Positions 38,699 through 48,141 of a stretch of 64,000 nt of DNA are shown here, one piece after another. Location: IMG/VR virus record IMGVR_UViG_3300046744_000223, positions 108,941 through 172,940 of that record; one strand, given 5' to 3'. Origin of the DNA: a virus. Below the pieces are notes generated by a model. It had not been told where the DNA came from, made no database searches, and saw only the letters and a list, made by a program, of their open reading frames with translations. The first letter of the stretch is position 1; every line of letters starts with the position of its first letter. The translations under genes were made by a program, and so were the position numbers.

Positions 38699-39821
38699 CG
38701 AAATCTTCTACTTCTACGTTATCTATATTTGCCTCTTCACTTGATTTTTTGTAAGACATAATATATGCATCACAAATTTGAGAATAAATTGACTCTTTTA
38801 GTTCGGGTCTCTCTTGTAGGAGGTCTTCGAAATTCTTGGCTTGGAACTTAATCTCCTCACCAGTCTCTTTATCCGCGTAAGTGTACCAAGCACCACTTTG
38901 GTCAATCAGTTTATAACTCTTCATCATTTGTAACCAAGAACCATAATTATCGATACCCCTATCAAAGTAAATATCGTAATCTACCGAACGAAGTGGTGGC
39001 CCCATTCTATTCTTAACTACTTGAGCACGAGTCTTAATACCAACCACTTGGTCTACACCACCTACTTTGGATTTTAACTGACCCATTTGTTTCAGTCTCA
39101 ATCTACACGATGAGTGGAAAGCAATTGCCTTACCACCACTCGTTGTCCAAGGGTCACCAAATGATACACCTAAACGTGTTCTCAATTGATTGGTGAAGAT
39201 TAGTGAAATTCGTTCTCGTCCAATAAGATTAGTTACCTTTCTCATTGCCTTCGAGATGATGATAGCTTTCTGAGTTGCGTAACCTGCTTGGTCATAATCT
39301 GCTGATATCTCAACTTTAGTAGATGCACCTGCTACGGAGTCAACTACGATTGTAACCAATTTCTTCTTATCAGAAGAACGTACTGATTCAATAATTGAAT
39401 CAATTGCTTCAAAGATGTCTTCCACTGTTTCTAATGGAACATATAACATCTTTTTGACATCAACACCAATTGCTTCTAAGAACTCTTGATTCATTGCGTT
39501 CTCGGTATCTATATAGACTCCAAGACCACCTTTCTTCTGAGTGTCTGCAATTGAGTGAGCTGCCAATAGTGATTTACCACTACCTTCTAATCCTGTAATC
39601 TCAGTGATACGACCTACTGGTAATCCACCATTTGGTCGGTTTGAGATTGCTAAATCCAACATAGGGGAGCCAGTCGATACCCACTCATCTAAGTCGGTAG
39701 GAGTTGTCTCCGCCCCATCCAAGAAGAAAGCCACCTTATTGGCGGACTTAAACTTCTTGTTTAGGTTGGTAGCGAGGATAGAAGATAGCTCATCACGTGA
39801 ACTTGCCTTCTTCTTAGCCAT
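38691..39821 (-). CDS. recA: RecA/UvsX recombinase
   Basis: GRITEITGLEGSGKS, YIDTE, VDSVA, NQLR, TSGGKA, KNR. Confidence 0.95.
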   Translation of the reverse strand: MAKKKASSRDELSSILATNLNKKFKSANKVAFFLDGAETTPTDLDEWVSTGSPMLDLAISNRPNGGLPVGRITEITGLEGSGKSLLAAHSIADTQKKGGLGVYIDTENAMNQEFLEAIGVDVKKMLYVPLETVEDIFEAIDSIIESVRSSDKKKLVTIVVDSVAGASTKVEISADYDQAGYATQKAIIISKAMRKVTNLIGRERISLIFTNQLRTRLGVSFGDPWTTSGGKAIAFHSSCRLRLKQMGQLKSKVGGVDQVVGIKTRAQVVKNRMGPPLRSVDYDIYFDRGIDNYGSWLQMMKSYKLIDQSGAWYTYADKETGEEIKFQAKNFEDLLQERPELKESIYSQICDAYIMSYKKSSEEANIDNVEVEDFDA

Positions 39822-39826
39822 ACTGA

Positions 39827-40588
39827 TTAGTCGTTAAATAAATCGTCAAATGCATCTTTTACATTAGATGCGGGAGAAGTTGATTGAGTTGGTTGAGATG
39901 TTTCAGCAACTGGCTGTTCTTTAGTATCTGATACTTCACCAGTTTCTAACCATTCTTTCAACATACCTTCCATTTCTTCATATGTTACTTTTTTGAACAT
40001 ACCTGGAAGTTCAATCTGCTCTTTAGATGATTCAATAATGTTTGAATCCTCAGAAATTGCAGTTGTGTTTGGTTTTACACGGATGTAGGTCTCAGGATAA
40101 GACTTACCCAATTCAGCAGCTGTTTTGAATTCTACTGTTACATCACGACCATTTACAGGATCGGTCAAATCACCATAATCAGGATCTGCGAAGAACCCTA
40201 ATAGTTCTTGGTAAACGTTTTTACCAAATCCCCAAAACTTAACACCTTCAGACTCTTCACCACGAACCAATACTGGTACGTATGTTCTCATCTTAGGAGT
40301 TAATTTACGAGACAATTGGTAATCATCACGATTTCCAGTTGCTTTCAACTTTTCAGCGAATTCCAATAAAGGGTCAGCCTCACCAAATGAACTTGGAGAG
40401 ATGATGTTTTTACCACCAAAACCAAAGTGGAAGTAAAGTTCAATAAACGGATTCGAAGCGTTGTGGGTGTAAGGTAAAATACGGATTTGTTGTTTACCTG
40501 GTTGTGGTTTCCAAAGATTATCAGTCTTTGTTACTTTTGTTTGAAGCGTGTTCAAACGATTGCGGATTGCATTTAAATCAATAGCCAT
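39827..40588 (-). CDS. Single-stranded DNA-binding protein (T4 gp32-like)
   Basis: IRILP, FWGFGK, DPVNGRD, acidic C-terminal tail FDDLFND. Confidence 0.8.
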   Translation of the reverse strand: MAIDLNAIRNRLNTLQTKVTKTDNLWKPQPGKQQIRILPYTHNASNPFIELYFHFGFGGKNIISPSSFGEADPLLEFAEKLKATGNRDDYQLSRKLTPKMRTYVPVLVRGEESEGVKFWGFGKNVYQELLGFFADPDYGDLTDPVNGRDVTVEFKTAAELGKSYPETYIRVKPNTTAISEDSNIIESSKEQIELPGMFKKVTYEEMEGMLKEWLETGEVSDTKEQPVAETSQPTQSTSPASNVKDAFDDLFND

Positions 40589-40627
40589 AATACTACTCTT
40601 TTTAATTATTAATTGTTAACTATGTCA

Positions 40628-40659
40628 CTAATATACAACATTTGGGTGACAAAACCAAA
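40628..40659 (-). promoter_or_regulatory. Bacteroidota-type promoter for the SSB/RecA operon
   Basis: TTTG-N20-TATATTAG. Confidence 0.75.
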
Positions 40660-40729
40660 TGTATTCTAAAATATTTTATTTTTTATTTTGTTGTTGTACT
40701 TTCGTACTCATATAAATATGGCGCTGGAG

Positions 40730-41116
40730 TTAATTAACGTCAATAATTCGGAATAAACTCGTCTTCATTACCTTAAACCCATCACCATCTGTAAGTATAA
40801 GTGAATTCCTATATTTGTTCCAATCTACTTGATACGATTTATCTAAATACCCACCATTTTCAGATGTTATTAATGTATTCAGTGAATTTATTGTGTACAT
40901 GGTATTCGATTCCTTCTTTCTATGTACCATAATCGTAGCTGGTAAAAATTTAACACCATTTGGTACTATATTATAACTTATTACCAACTCATTTGATGGT
41001 TTTAATTTTAGAACAAATATCTTACGGCTAAATATTTCATATGCCGATAATATATGTTTTACCATATCTTCGAATTCACTCTCAGTTGAAAATGTACATA
41101 ATAATTGTGTTCTCAC
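40730..41116 (-). CDS. Hypothetical protein
   Basis: 128-aa ORF, GTG start with upstream AGGAG. Confidence 0.6.
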   Translation of the reverse strand: MRTQLLCTFSTESEFEDMVKHILSAYEIFSRKIFVLKLKPSNELVISYNIVPNGVKFLPATIMVHRKKESNTMYTINSLNTLITSENGGYLDKSYQVDWNKYRNSLILTDGDGFKVMKTSLFRIIDVN

Positions 41117-41126
41117 CCATATCTCC

Positions 41127-42980
41127 TTATTTGCCGTATACTTCGGATTGTGCTTGTTCTAATCGTTTTGCAAATGATTTTTGATTTAATTGCATTTCAA
41201 ATTTAAACTGGCCACCATATCCTCGACCATCTTCTCTAATGACAATATCTGCAATTGCAAATACTTCACCAGACTTTTCTACTTTATAGCCAATGAATGG
41301 GGGTGGCCCATCTTCAGCAACTAAGTTTTCTTTTAGTTTACTATAATCACTCGTTCCGAATATAGTTTCCATTGTTGACTTATCCAATGAATTTGGACCG
41401 ATAGCCATAGTCTCTTCACCATCACTTACAGCTTTTAACGGAAACTCATTTTTAATGGTATTCAACATACCCTCTTTCATTTTTGGATTCTCAGTAATAG
41501 CCGTTATTGAATCAGCTTGAAATTTTCTATGTTCTTTATCATCAGCATCCACAGTAGATTGAGCGCTTTTGTTTCCGTTTTTAGCTAATTGATTAATAGC
41601 AGTCCATAGAACTTTTTGTTTAGCTCTGGAGTTACCCTGTAATGCCTCATCCAAATTCATCTTTTTGGATTTAAGTAAATCATTTAACAATGTACCTTCG
41701 GGTGATTTTAATAACTTTTCAATTTCAGCTCTATTTTCATTAACAACTGATATATTACGAGCTCTAGCCTTATCTCTATATACGGATTGGTTAATTTCAT
41801 CTGGTAGGTTTTTATCCCATTTTGAAAATTCACCAGCTCCTGAGTTTAAGAAGTTTACTTTAGTAGATTTTTTCAATGAGACCTCATCCATTACTTCAGT
41901 ACCATCTGGCTTTCTAACCTTCAGATACATATCGGTTGAAAATCCTTTATTCTTTCCATAATCCGACAATCCCATTGCTTCTACATCAGATTGTGTATCC
42001 CAAGCACCGGCTACGATTTCAACACCATCACCATATTGTTTAGTTAACCTATCCTTAATTGCTTTTCTACTTTGTGTTGCAGCCTTTACCCAAGATTTAT
42101 CAACTATTTTATTTTTAGCATTTTTCAATTTTGGGTTAGCTTCATTGAATGCATCATCGTGTTTAAGGATTGAGTTAGAGAATTCATCCCACTCTTCATC
42201 ACTCATAGTTGAACCCATCATAGTCATAAGTTCACCAGCTTGAGCGGATATCTGCCCAGCGCCACCTTCTATATCAGAAAAATGCCCCCATTTAGTTGCA
42301 TCACCCTTTGGTTGTGTATTAAGCATACGTTCTAATGCTTTAGTGTATTTCTTAGGGAACTTTGGATTGTCATTTAAGAAATCCGGCATTTTATATGGTT
42401 CAGGTGGGTTTGGATTTGCAAACTTTTTGTTTTTTTCCTCAAATTCAACATCATCCGGTGGTAATTCCATTTGATAAACTTCAGATTCTCGTGGGTCACC
42501 TTGTTTTAGTGCTTTATCTTTATCACCTACATACCCATTTGCTTGTTCTTTTGATTGGGATTCGTTATCATCGGTATTAGCTTGAGCATCTTTTTCTATC
42601 TGAGTCATCATACCAATTTGGTCGGATTTTGAAAACTTAGCATCGTCTTCTTTTTCTTCCGGCGTATCATTGGTATTTCTGAGGGTATCTGCTGCTTTGT
42701 ATTGAGGGGATTCTTTATCGGATGATATCGCAGTTTTATAAGTCGTGGTTTTCTTTTCACCATCCTTATTCTTATAAGTTACTTCAGTATCAGGATCGAC
42801 TTTATCATCTTTAGCTTCTAATAAGTTGATAAGTAACTCTTCTGCAATAGATTCACCTAGTATGTCTGAAACTACTTTGTATGTAGCTTTCAGTGACTCT
42901 TTGGTATGTATACCTTCATTTAAGGATACACCCACTTCGTTCCACACTTTTTTTGCTATGTAATTGATAAGTTTCTTCAT
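41127..42980 (-). CDS. Large hypothetical protein with possible PD-(D/E)XK nuclease motif
   Basis: STDMYLK..DEVSLKK; low-complexity N-terminal linker; preceded by a late-type motif. Confidence 0.5.
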   Translation of the reverse strand: MKKLINYIAKKVWNEVGVSLNEGIHTKESLKATYKVVSDILGESIAEELLINLLEAKDDKVDPDTEVTYKNKDGEKKTTTYKTAISSDKESPQYKAADTLRNTNDTPEEKEDDAKFSKSDQIGMMTQIEKDAQANTDDNESQSKEQANGYVGDKDKALKQGDPRESEVYQMELPPDDVEFEEKNKKFANPNPPEPYKMPDFLNDNPKFPKKYTKALERMLNTQPKGDATKWGHFSDIEGGAGQISAQAGELMTMMGSTMSDEEWDEFSNSILKHDDAFNEANPKLKNAKNKIVDKSWVKAATQSRKAIKDRLTKQYGDGVEIVAGAWDTQSDVEAMGLSDYGKNKGFSTDMYLKVRKPDGTEVMDEVSLKKSTKVNFLNSGAGEFSKWDKNLPDEINQSVYRDKARARNISVVNENRAEIEKLLKSPEGTLLNDLLKSKKMNLDEALQGNSRAKQKVLWTAINQLAKNGNKSAQSTVDADDKEHRKFQADSITAITENPKMKEGMLNTIKNEFPLKAVSDGEETMAIGPNSLDKSTMETIFGTSDYSKLKENLVAEDGPPPFIGYKVEKSGEVFAIADIVIREDGRGYGGQFKFEMQLNQKSFAKRLEQAQSEVYGK

Positions 42981-42992
42981 AAACATAAATAT

Positions 42993-44219
42993 CTAAAGAT
43001 TGACCTTAACCATATCTTTGTAATTATCTCCAATTTCAATGTCAGTTGGAAACCCACCGGACTCCATAACTTTTTTTATTTCTAAAATATATTCAATACC
43101 ATCATCAGAATCCACATCAAACAATATTGAGTCATATGTGTATAATATAGGTAGTGATTTTTGAGAGCTTTTCATATTAGAGAGTTTCTCCAATATAAGT
43201 ATGTTTCTTTCAGTCTCAACCGATTGTAAGATGTAATTAAATAACTTATTTTTATTCAAATCCGTACTGAATGTCAGTTTTCTTTTAAGTAATGGTGTAT
43301 AAATTGTCTTATTGATTAAGAACTCACTCCAAAGCGACTCTATATACTCTGAGGTCTTACTAAAGAATGGGATGTGTTTGTATTCATCTTGAACCCCACC
43401 ATACAATTGTCTAAATGTGATTGCTTTTGCGTCTTTGAGGTCTGCCCCATATTGGTCTGCTAACCACTTATGTGCTTTAATGTCCAATGGTATTTCTACA
43501 CCAATCAAACTACCAATAAGTCGTAAGTGGTATCCATCAAAATCTAATTGATACAATTTACCACCCTCAAATCGTGATATGAACCTCTTACGAACATCAC
43601 CATCTTTTGGAAGTGCTGCATAGTTAATACCACCAAAGGTGTTTGATGGTCGGGATGTGGTAGTGAACATATTATATTGACTATACTCCATACCACCTTG
43701 TGTATACAACCCACTTTGCTCTATCCAATTAAGACATTTAGGATACAACTTACTAAATTTACTTGAGGTCGGATTTTGAGACCACATAACTTTCCAATCT
43801 TGGAATTGTTCATAGTGTTTCCAAATTGGAATGAGGTCATTTGCTTTGGGAGCTTTACGTCTTCTAAAGATTGTATATATAGGTCGTTCTTCTACATCGA
43901 AATCCTTCGCCTGATGGAATAACTCCATTTCAAGGTCGGACATTGTAGGTAGGTAGTCGTAATGGTGTAAGAACTCTTTTAAACCAACCACACATACCTC
44001 TTCGAATTGACTGAAGTCTATTGGGTCAGTTACATAACCTGCGTCTATATTATTGTAGTTTACAAAAATGTCAATATCACCATCAGATATCAAAATAGAC
44101 GATATACGGGAAAGATGAGGGTGTTTCACCAAACTTGTTAGAATGGGAAACACCAACACCTTACTTGACAGGGCAGAGATGCGTTTATGTAATCGTTCGT
44201 TTGTATCTACTATCTTCAC
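42993..44219 (-). CDS. Divergent family A DNA polymerase-like protein
   Basis: TTTSRPSN..INYAALPK, RKRF, motif A LDFDGYHLRL, motif B AKAITFRQLYG, motif C YTYDSILFD. Confidence 0.75.
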   Translation of the reverse strand: MKIVDTNERLHKRISALSSKVLVFPILTSLVKHPHLSRISSILISDGDIDIFVNYNNIDAGYVTDPIDFSQFEEVCVVGLKEFLHHYDYLPTMSDLEMELFHQAKDFDVEERPIYTIFRRRKAPKANDLIPIWKHYEQFQDWKVMWSQNPTSSKFSKLYPKCLNWIEQSGLYTQGGMEYSQYNMFTTTSRPSNTFGGINYAALPKDGDVRKRFISRFEGGKLYQLDFDGYHLRLIGSLIGVEIPLDIKAHKWLADQYGADLKDAKAITFRQLYGGVQDEYKHIPFFSKTSEYIESLWSEFLINKTIYTPLLKRKLTFSTDLNKNKLFNYILQSVETERNILILEKLSNMKSSQKSLPILYTYDSILFDVDSDDGIEYILEIKKVMESGGFPTDIEIGDNYKDMVKVNL

Positions 44220-44224
44220 AAAGA

Positions 44225-44256
44225 CTAATATACGAAATTATTCGTTAGTATCCAAA
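44225..44256 (-). promoter_or_regulatory. Bacteroidota-type promoter for the PolA-like gene
   Basis: TTTG-N20-TATATTAG, 5 nt before the GTG at 44219. Confidence 0.75.
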
Positions 44257-44427
44257 CTTTTTTGAACATCGTGTTGAACCTAAGTCGTAATGGTTTGGAT
44301 TTTTACCCTTACCAATCAACATCTTTTTGCGAAGTTCCACCATGGTCTCCCACTCTTGGGAATTTAACCCCTCCCATTGAAGTTTGTTGGCCATTTTTAA
44401 CCATTGTTCTTTTTCTACTTGTGTCAT
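44245..44427 (-). CDS. Hypothetical protein
   Basis: 60-aa ORF in a compact run of genes. Confidence 0.5.
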   Translation of the reverse strand: MTQVEKEQWLKMANKLQWEGLNSQEWETMVELRKKMLIGKGKNPNHYDLGSTRCSKKFGY

Positions 44428-44430
44428 ATC

Positions 44431-44646
44431 CTAACGATAAAGGGTTACTACACTACCGAAGTAGTGGTCAAATACTTTGATTAAGTTTTCATAGTCACCA
44501 TTCTTCATTTCATTCAAAATGAAACTCTCATTGAAATCGAGTTGGCGAGCCAGTTTCTTAGCAGTCCCAAGAAGGAAAAATGCGTTACCTTGAGGACCTG
44601 TTAGGTCAATTGTGATACCTTGACTTTTTGGTTTCTGAACTATCAT
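44431..44646 (-). CDS. Small phage hypothetical protein
   Basis: IDLTGPQGNAFFLLG..DYENLIKVFD pattern. Confidence 0.65.
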   Translation of the reverse strand: MIVQKPKSQGITIDLTGPQGNAFFLLGTAKKLARQLDFNESFILNEMKNGDYENLIKVFDHYFGSVVTLYR

Positions 44647-44649
44647 ATC

Positions 44650-44922
44650 TTACTTGTTTACTTCAATCATATTCATAGGAACTGTGTAAGTCCCATACCC
44701 ATTCAACACTTTTAGAACGGCCTTAGTTCGGTTGATTTTCTCAACTCGGAGTTGTTTACCCTTTAACTTAGGGTGGTTAACACTCACATTAGCACCAATG
44801 TAAAGTTCTTCTTTAATACTAAGTGCATTTTCACTTTTTTTCATCTTAATCACTTCAACTACTTTGTTGTTTAACACTCGTAGTTGTTCGATACTCAACT
44901 GATTTAATTCTTGATAGGTCAT
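44650..44922 (-). CDS. Hypothetical protein (SH3/KOW-like)
   Basis: LYIGANVSV..VEKINRTKAV..YTVPMNMI. Confidence 0.55.
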   Translation of the reverse strand: MTYQELNQLSIEQLRVLNNKVVEVIKMKKSENALSIKEELYIGANVSVNHPKLKGKQLRVEKINRTKAVLKVLNGYGTYTVPMNMIEVNK

Positions 44923-44975
44923 AATTTTTATTTTTTATTTTTTATTATCGTGGTAACATCCCCACATCAACAGTA

Positions 44976-45031
44976 CTAATATAGTGATTAATATTGAAAT
45001 CACCAAACTTTTAATGTTAAGAAATTGTTAA
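44976..45031 (-). promoter_or_regulatory. Bacteroidota-type promoter with upstream TTAACA direct repeat
   Basis: ttaacaatttcttaacat taaaag TTTG-N20-TATATTAG. Confidence 0.75.
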
Positions 45032-45034
45032 AGT

Positions 45035-45370
45035 TTAGTAACCTATGAATTCAAGTTCAACTGAAGGAACTATACCTTTTGTTACTCCATAGGGGTACTC
45101 TTCGTTTAACCAATAGTTTTCAACCATCCCTAACTCTCTAAGAGACTCATTGTAGATGTCTTCCATCTCAAACCCAATACCATATCCACTTGGACAAATC
45201 ACTGAAGCAACGTCTCTTAGAAGTTCCTCGTTTTCAGTTTTCATAGCATTGTTCAAAGCCAACCTCAACTCAGCTTTCATCAAGTCGGATACTTTGTCAT
45301 TGTGGTCGTACATTTCAACATTCCATGGTTTCGTGATTTCGATACCATATTTAATTTCTTTTACTTTCAT
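45035..45370 (-). CDS. Hypothetical protein
   Basis: 111-aa ORF with its own promoter. Confidence 0.6.
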   Translation of the reverse strand: MKVKEIKYGIEITKPWNVEMYDHNDKVSDLMKAELRLALNNAMKTENEELLRDVASVICPSGYGIGFEMEDIYNESLRELGMVENYWLNEEYPYGVTKGIVPSVELEFIGY

Positions 45371-45392
45371 AACTTATCTATCTTTTACATAG

Positions 45393-45447
45393 TAAAGATA
45401 CGAAAATTATTTGGATATACCAAATTTTAATGTTAAGAAATTGTTAT
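45393..45447 (-). promoter_or_regulatory. Bacteroidota-type promoter variant with upstream repeat
   Basis: ataacaatttcttaacat taaaa TTTG-N20-TATCTTTA. Confidence 0.7.
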
Positions 45448-45983
45448 TATTTTAAGAATTCTGAATAGTTAGTGATGTAGTTTGAAAGTCCTTTTATGGT
45501 TTCATTACCTAACTCTATCTGCTTGCGATTTACAAAGTCAGCGTTGTCTACCAATTTCCATCTAACTTCTGTTTTTTTATAGAACTCGGTACTAATAGTA
45601 GAATAAACATCTTTATTAACTTCAGTGATTACATCATTAAAATGACGTTTTACAAAATAACGAATAAAGTAACCATTTACATAATCCGATTCTATTGGTG
45701 TTGAAATACCATACACAGCAAAGTTGAAACTAACATCAAGCTTATTTAGAGAATCGTATTTAAATTTTTCAGAATTATCTATAAGTGATAGGTCAACATA
45801 CTTTATTAATTTTTCAGATACACCTTTTAAGTAAGCTCCTTTAGTAAAAACCTCACCAGTACTATATGTATGGTAATCGCCAATATATTCAGTACCATCA
45901 GGTGACATCCACTCCTTACCTTGAGTGTAAAGTCCGTTTTGAATTTGACCTTTGGGATAATATACTTTTAATCGTTTAGCCAT
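45447..45983 (-). CDS. Hypothetical protein in tail/baseplate operon
   Basis: Coupled (TAATG) to the upstream hub-like gene. Confidence 0.55.
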   Translation of the reverse strand: MAKRLKVYYPKGQIQNGLYTQGKEWMSPDGTEYIGDYHTYSTGEVFTKGAYLKGVSEKLIKYVDLSLIDNSEKFKYDSLNKLDVSFNFAVYGISTPIESDYVNGYFIRYFVKRHFNDVITEVNKDVYSTISTEFYKKTEVRWKLVDNADFVNRKQIELGNETIKGLSNYITNYSEFLK

Positions 45984-47839
45984 TATTGAGCATCCAATTT
46001 TAAGAATCCAGTAAAGCTTGTTTCCCAATTACCTTGTCCATCAAAGCTATGTTCCATTTTACCTACACAAAAATATTTACCTGCGCCGATGTATTTTGTA
46101 GGTAACCCATCGAAACTAAATGTATCACCAATATTTGTACCCCATACACCATAACAAGTTACAGATAAGTCAATCATGTATCTGTAACCGGTATCAGTAC
46201 CAGTTGGAGCTGGTTTATTACTTATGTATGACTTCATAATATCTTTAAGTCCTTGAGAACGTTCCGCTGATAACCCTGTACCTAATTCTTCTTTTTTCTT
46301 TTGAATGTCATCTAATGTTATTTGTACAGGTGGTGCGTTTGTTTCAAGATTAGGACCACAATCGTTATATAGATTATCAAACGCGCCTTTAGGTATCTCC
46401 CCCCCACGATTTGATACCAATGCTGCTGCGGCCATATCAGAATCCATATTTGATGATAAGTTGACTGATTTTAAAACAGAACCTAAGTCGTGAGTTTTAA
46501 ACGTATAAGCGGCACTGATACCCTTTTGGTGTTCTGCTCTTTCATTTACTATTAAAAATTTATTAGAGTTCTTAAACCCATCATTGTATATTGTTAATGG
46601 ATATAACCCACCAGTTAAATCTTTAATTGTTGCGCACAAAACTCTTAGGAAATTATTTACACTACTCTCACCCTTTGCATCTTTATCTTCCTTTGCTCTT
46701 TCAACCAATCGGTCTATGGTAGCGTTTATCAAATCCAACGATATCAGCATATCTTTTGCATTACCATCAAAGCCAGTTCCGGTTGCTAAATTATTTTTAA
46801 TACCATCATTGAAGGTTGTAGCCGCGGTTTCACCATAAGTTGCCATATCACCATCTAATAATAATTTCGATGGGTCAGCTGATGCAAATTGTGGTATGAA
46901 TTTTCCTTTTGCATCTCCAAACCCCCATTTGAATCCACTATTAGAATGTGCGGTATTGATGACATCAATCAATTCACTAAATTTTACGTATTTAACAAAC
47001 ATATCATCAAAGTCTACGTTTACCATCCCCAATATTTTAAAATCTGCGCCAGATTTTGTTTGTATATTAGCTACGGCATACCCACCACTAAGCTTTGCTT
47101 CACCATCCGGTACAAAGTCCTTGGTGCCCCCCTTTTGTATGACACTCGACTCCTCATACTCTGGAAAGGCAGTTATAAATCTATTGTTTAATTCACTTGG
47201 AATGTTAAATGCCGTGATATCGTTATCTTCCTCATCTTTAACTGTAGTACCTTTACCGGCTAATGTCTGGTCCATGGCTAAAACAGCAGAGAATCTATTT
47301 TTACCAGTTAGTTTCAGATTACATGAGTAAACGCCACTTGCATCCATTGAAAATCCAAAGTTATATACGTTTGCCGACATTGATGACCCAAAACCTAACC
47401 CCTTGTACCCAAATGATAAAAGAACACCATTACCTACTCGGAAAAATGCAGCTTCATATGTTGCAAATTGACTTTTTGAATAACACTTGAATGATACATC
47501 AATATCAAATAGAGCGGAATCTGAAACATCGTTTGAACCATCATTGTTTATTCTAACAGATTCTAATAATGGTTTACTTGGTACATCACGTGAACCATCT
47601 CTACTTATTAAAGAATTATACTTTTCAGAAGAATTTAGTGGGTTATCACCAAGGGTTACACCAGAAGCAGGAGAACATAAACCTGCATTGTTAGTACCAT
47701 TGGTTTGTATACTAATATACGCGTATTTTCCATAATTCCATATTTTCGAATTATCATCTGCATTTGGATTTTTTATATATTCGGATATTTTACCTAAATT
47801 ACCACTTGCGCCGAAACTTGCTCTTGAAAATACTCCCAT
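45983..47839 (-). CDS. Putative baseplate hub protein
   Basis: Position after the LysM-like gene; C-terminal LSVTCYG..IGDTF..LP..VGKMEHSF..WETSF pattern. Confidence 0.55.
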   Translation of the reverse strand: MGVFSRASFGASGNLGKISEYIKNPNADDNSKIWNYGKYAYISIQTNGTNNAGLCSPASGVTLGDNPLNSSEKYNSLISRDGSRDVPSKPLLESVRINNDGSNDVSDSALFDIDVSFKCYSKSQFATYEAAFFRVGNGVLLSFGYKGLGFGSSMSANVYNFGFSMDASGVYSCNLKLTGKNRFSAVLAMDQTLAGKGTTVKDEEDNDITAFNIPSELNNRFITAFPEYEESSVIQKGGTKDFVPDGEAKLSGGYAVANIQTKSGADFKILGMVNVDFDDMFVKYVKFSELIDVINTAHSNSGFKWGFGDAKGKFIPQFASADPSKLLLDGDMATYGETAATTFNDGIKNNLATGTGFDGNAKDMLISLDLINATIDRLVERAKEDKDAKGESSVNNFLRVLCATIKDLTGGLYPLTIYNDGFKNSNKFLIVNERAEHQKGISAAYTFKTHDLGSVLKSVNLSSNMDSDMAAAALVSNRGGEIPKGAFDNLYNDCGPNLETNAPPVQITLDDIQKKKEELGTGLSAERSQGLKDIMKSYISNKPAPTGTDTGYRYMIDLSVTCYGVWGTNIGDTFSFDGLPTKYIGAGKYFCVGKMEHSFDGQGNWETSFTGFLKLDAQ

Positions 47840-47844
47840 AACTA

Positions 47845-48141
47845 TTAACTATTTAATTGGTTGTACGCATTTACTATTTGTTCTATACTTTGTGGTATTC
47901 TTAATTGTTTACCAATTGGTACTACAAAATCACCATTACCAATATTATTTGCTCTTGCTATAATCCACCAATACGATGATTTATTATAATACTTATAAGC
48001 TAACGTATCCAATCTATCACCTACCATACCTATTATGTATATATCACTATTTTGTGGTTCTATAATAGGTAATTTTACAGTAGACTTAAATCTACGGCCG
48101 TTTTTATCTTTACGGAGTTCTATGTCATCATATCTATTCAT
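47845..48141 (-). CDS. LysM/Tail-X-like baseplate wedge protein (gp53-like)
   Basis: GDRLDTLAYKYY..WWIIARANNI..GKQLRIP. Confidence 0.8.
   Translation of the reverse strand: MNRYDDIELRKDKNGRRFKSTVKLPIIEPQNSDIYIIGMVGDRLDTLAYKYYNKSSYWWIIARANNIGNGDFVVPIGKQLRIPQSIEQIVNAYNQLNS

Noticed and set aside
24260-39821. Inteins or introns in PolB, NrdA/B, helicase and RecA
   Set aside because: Lengths are ordinary, motifs are contiguous and no splice-junction signatures were seen.
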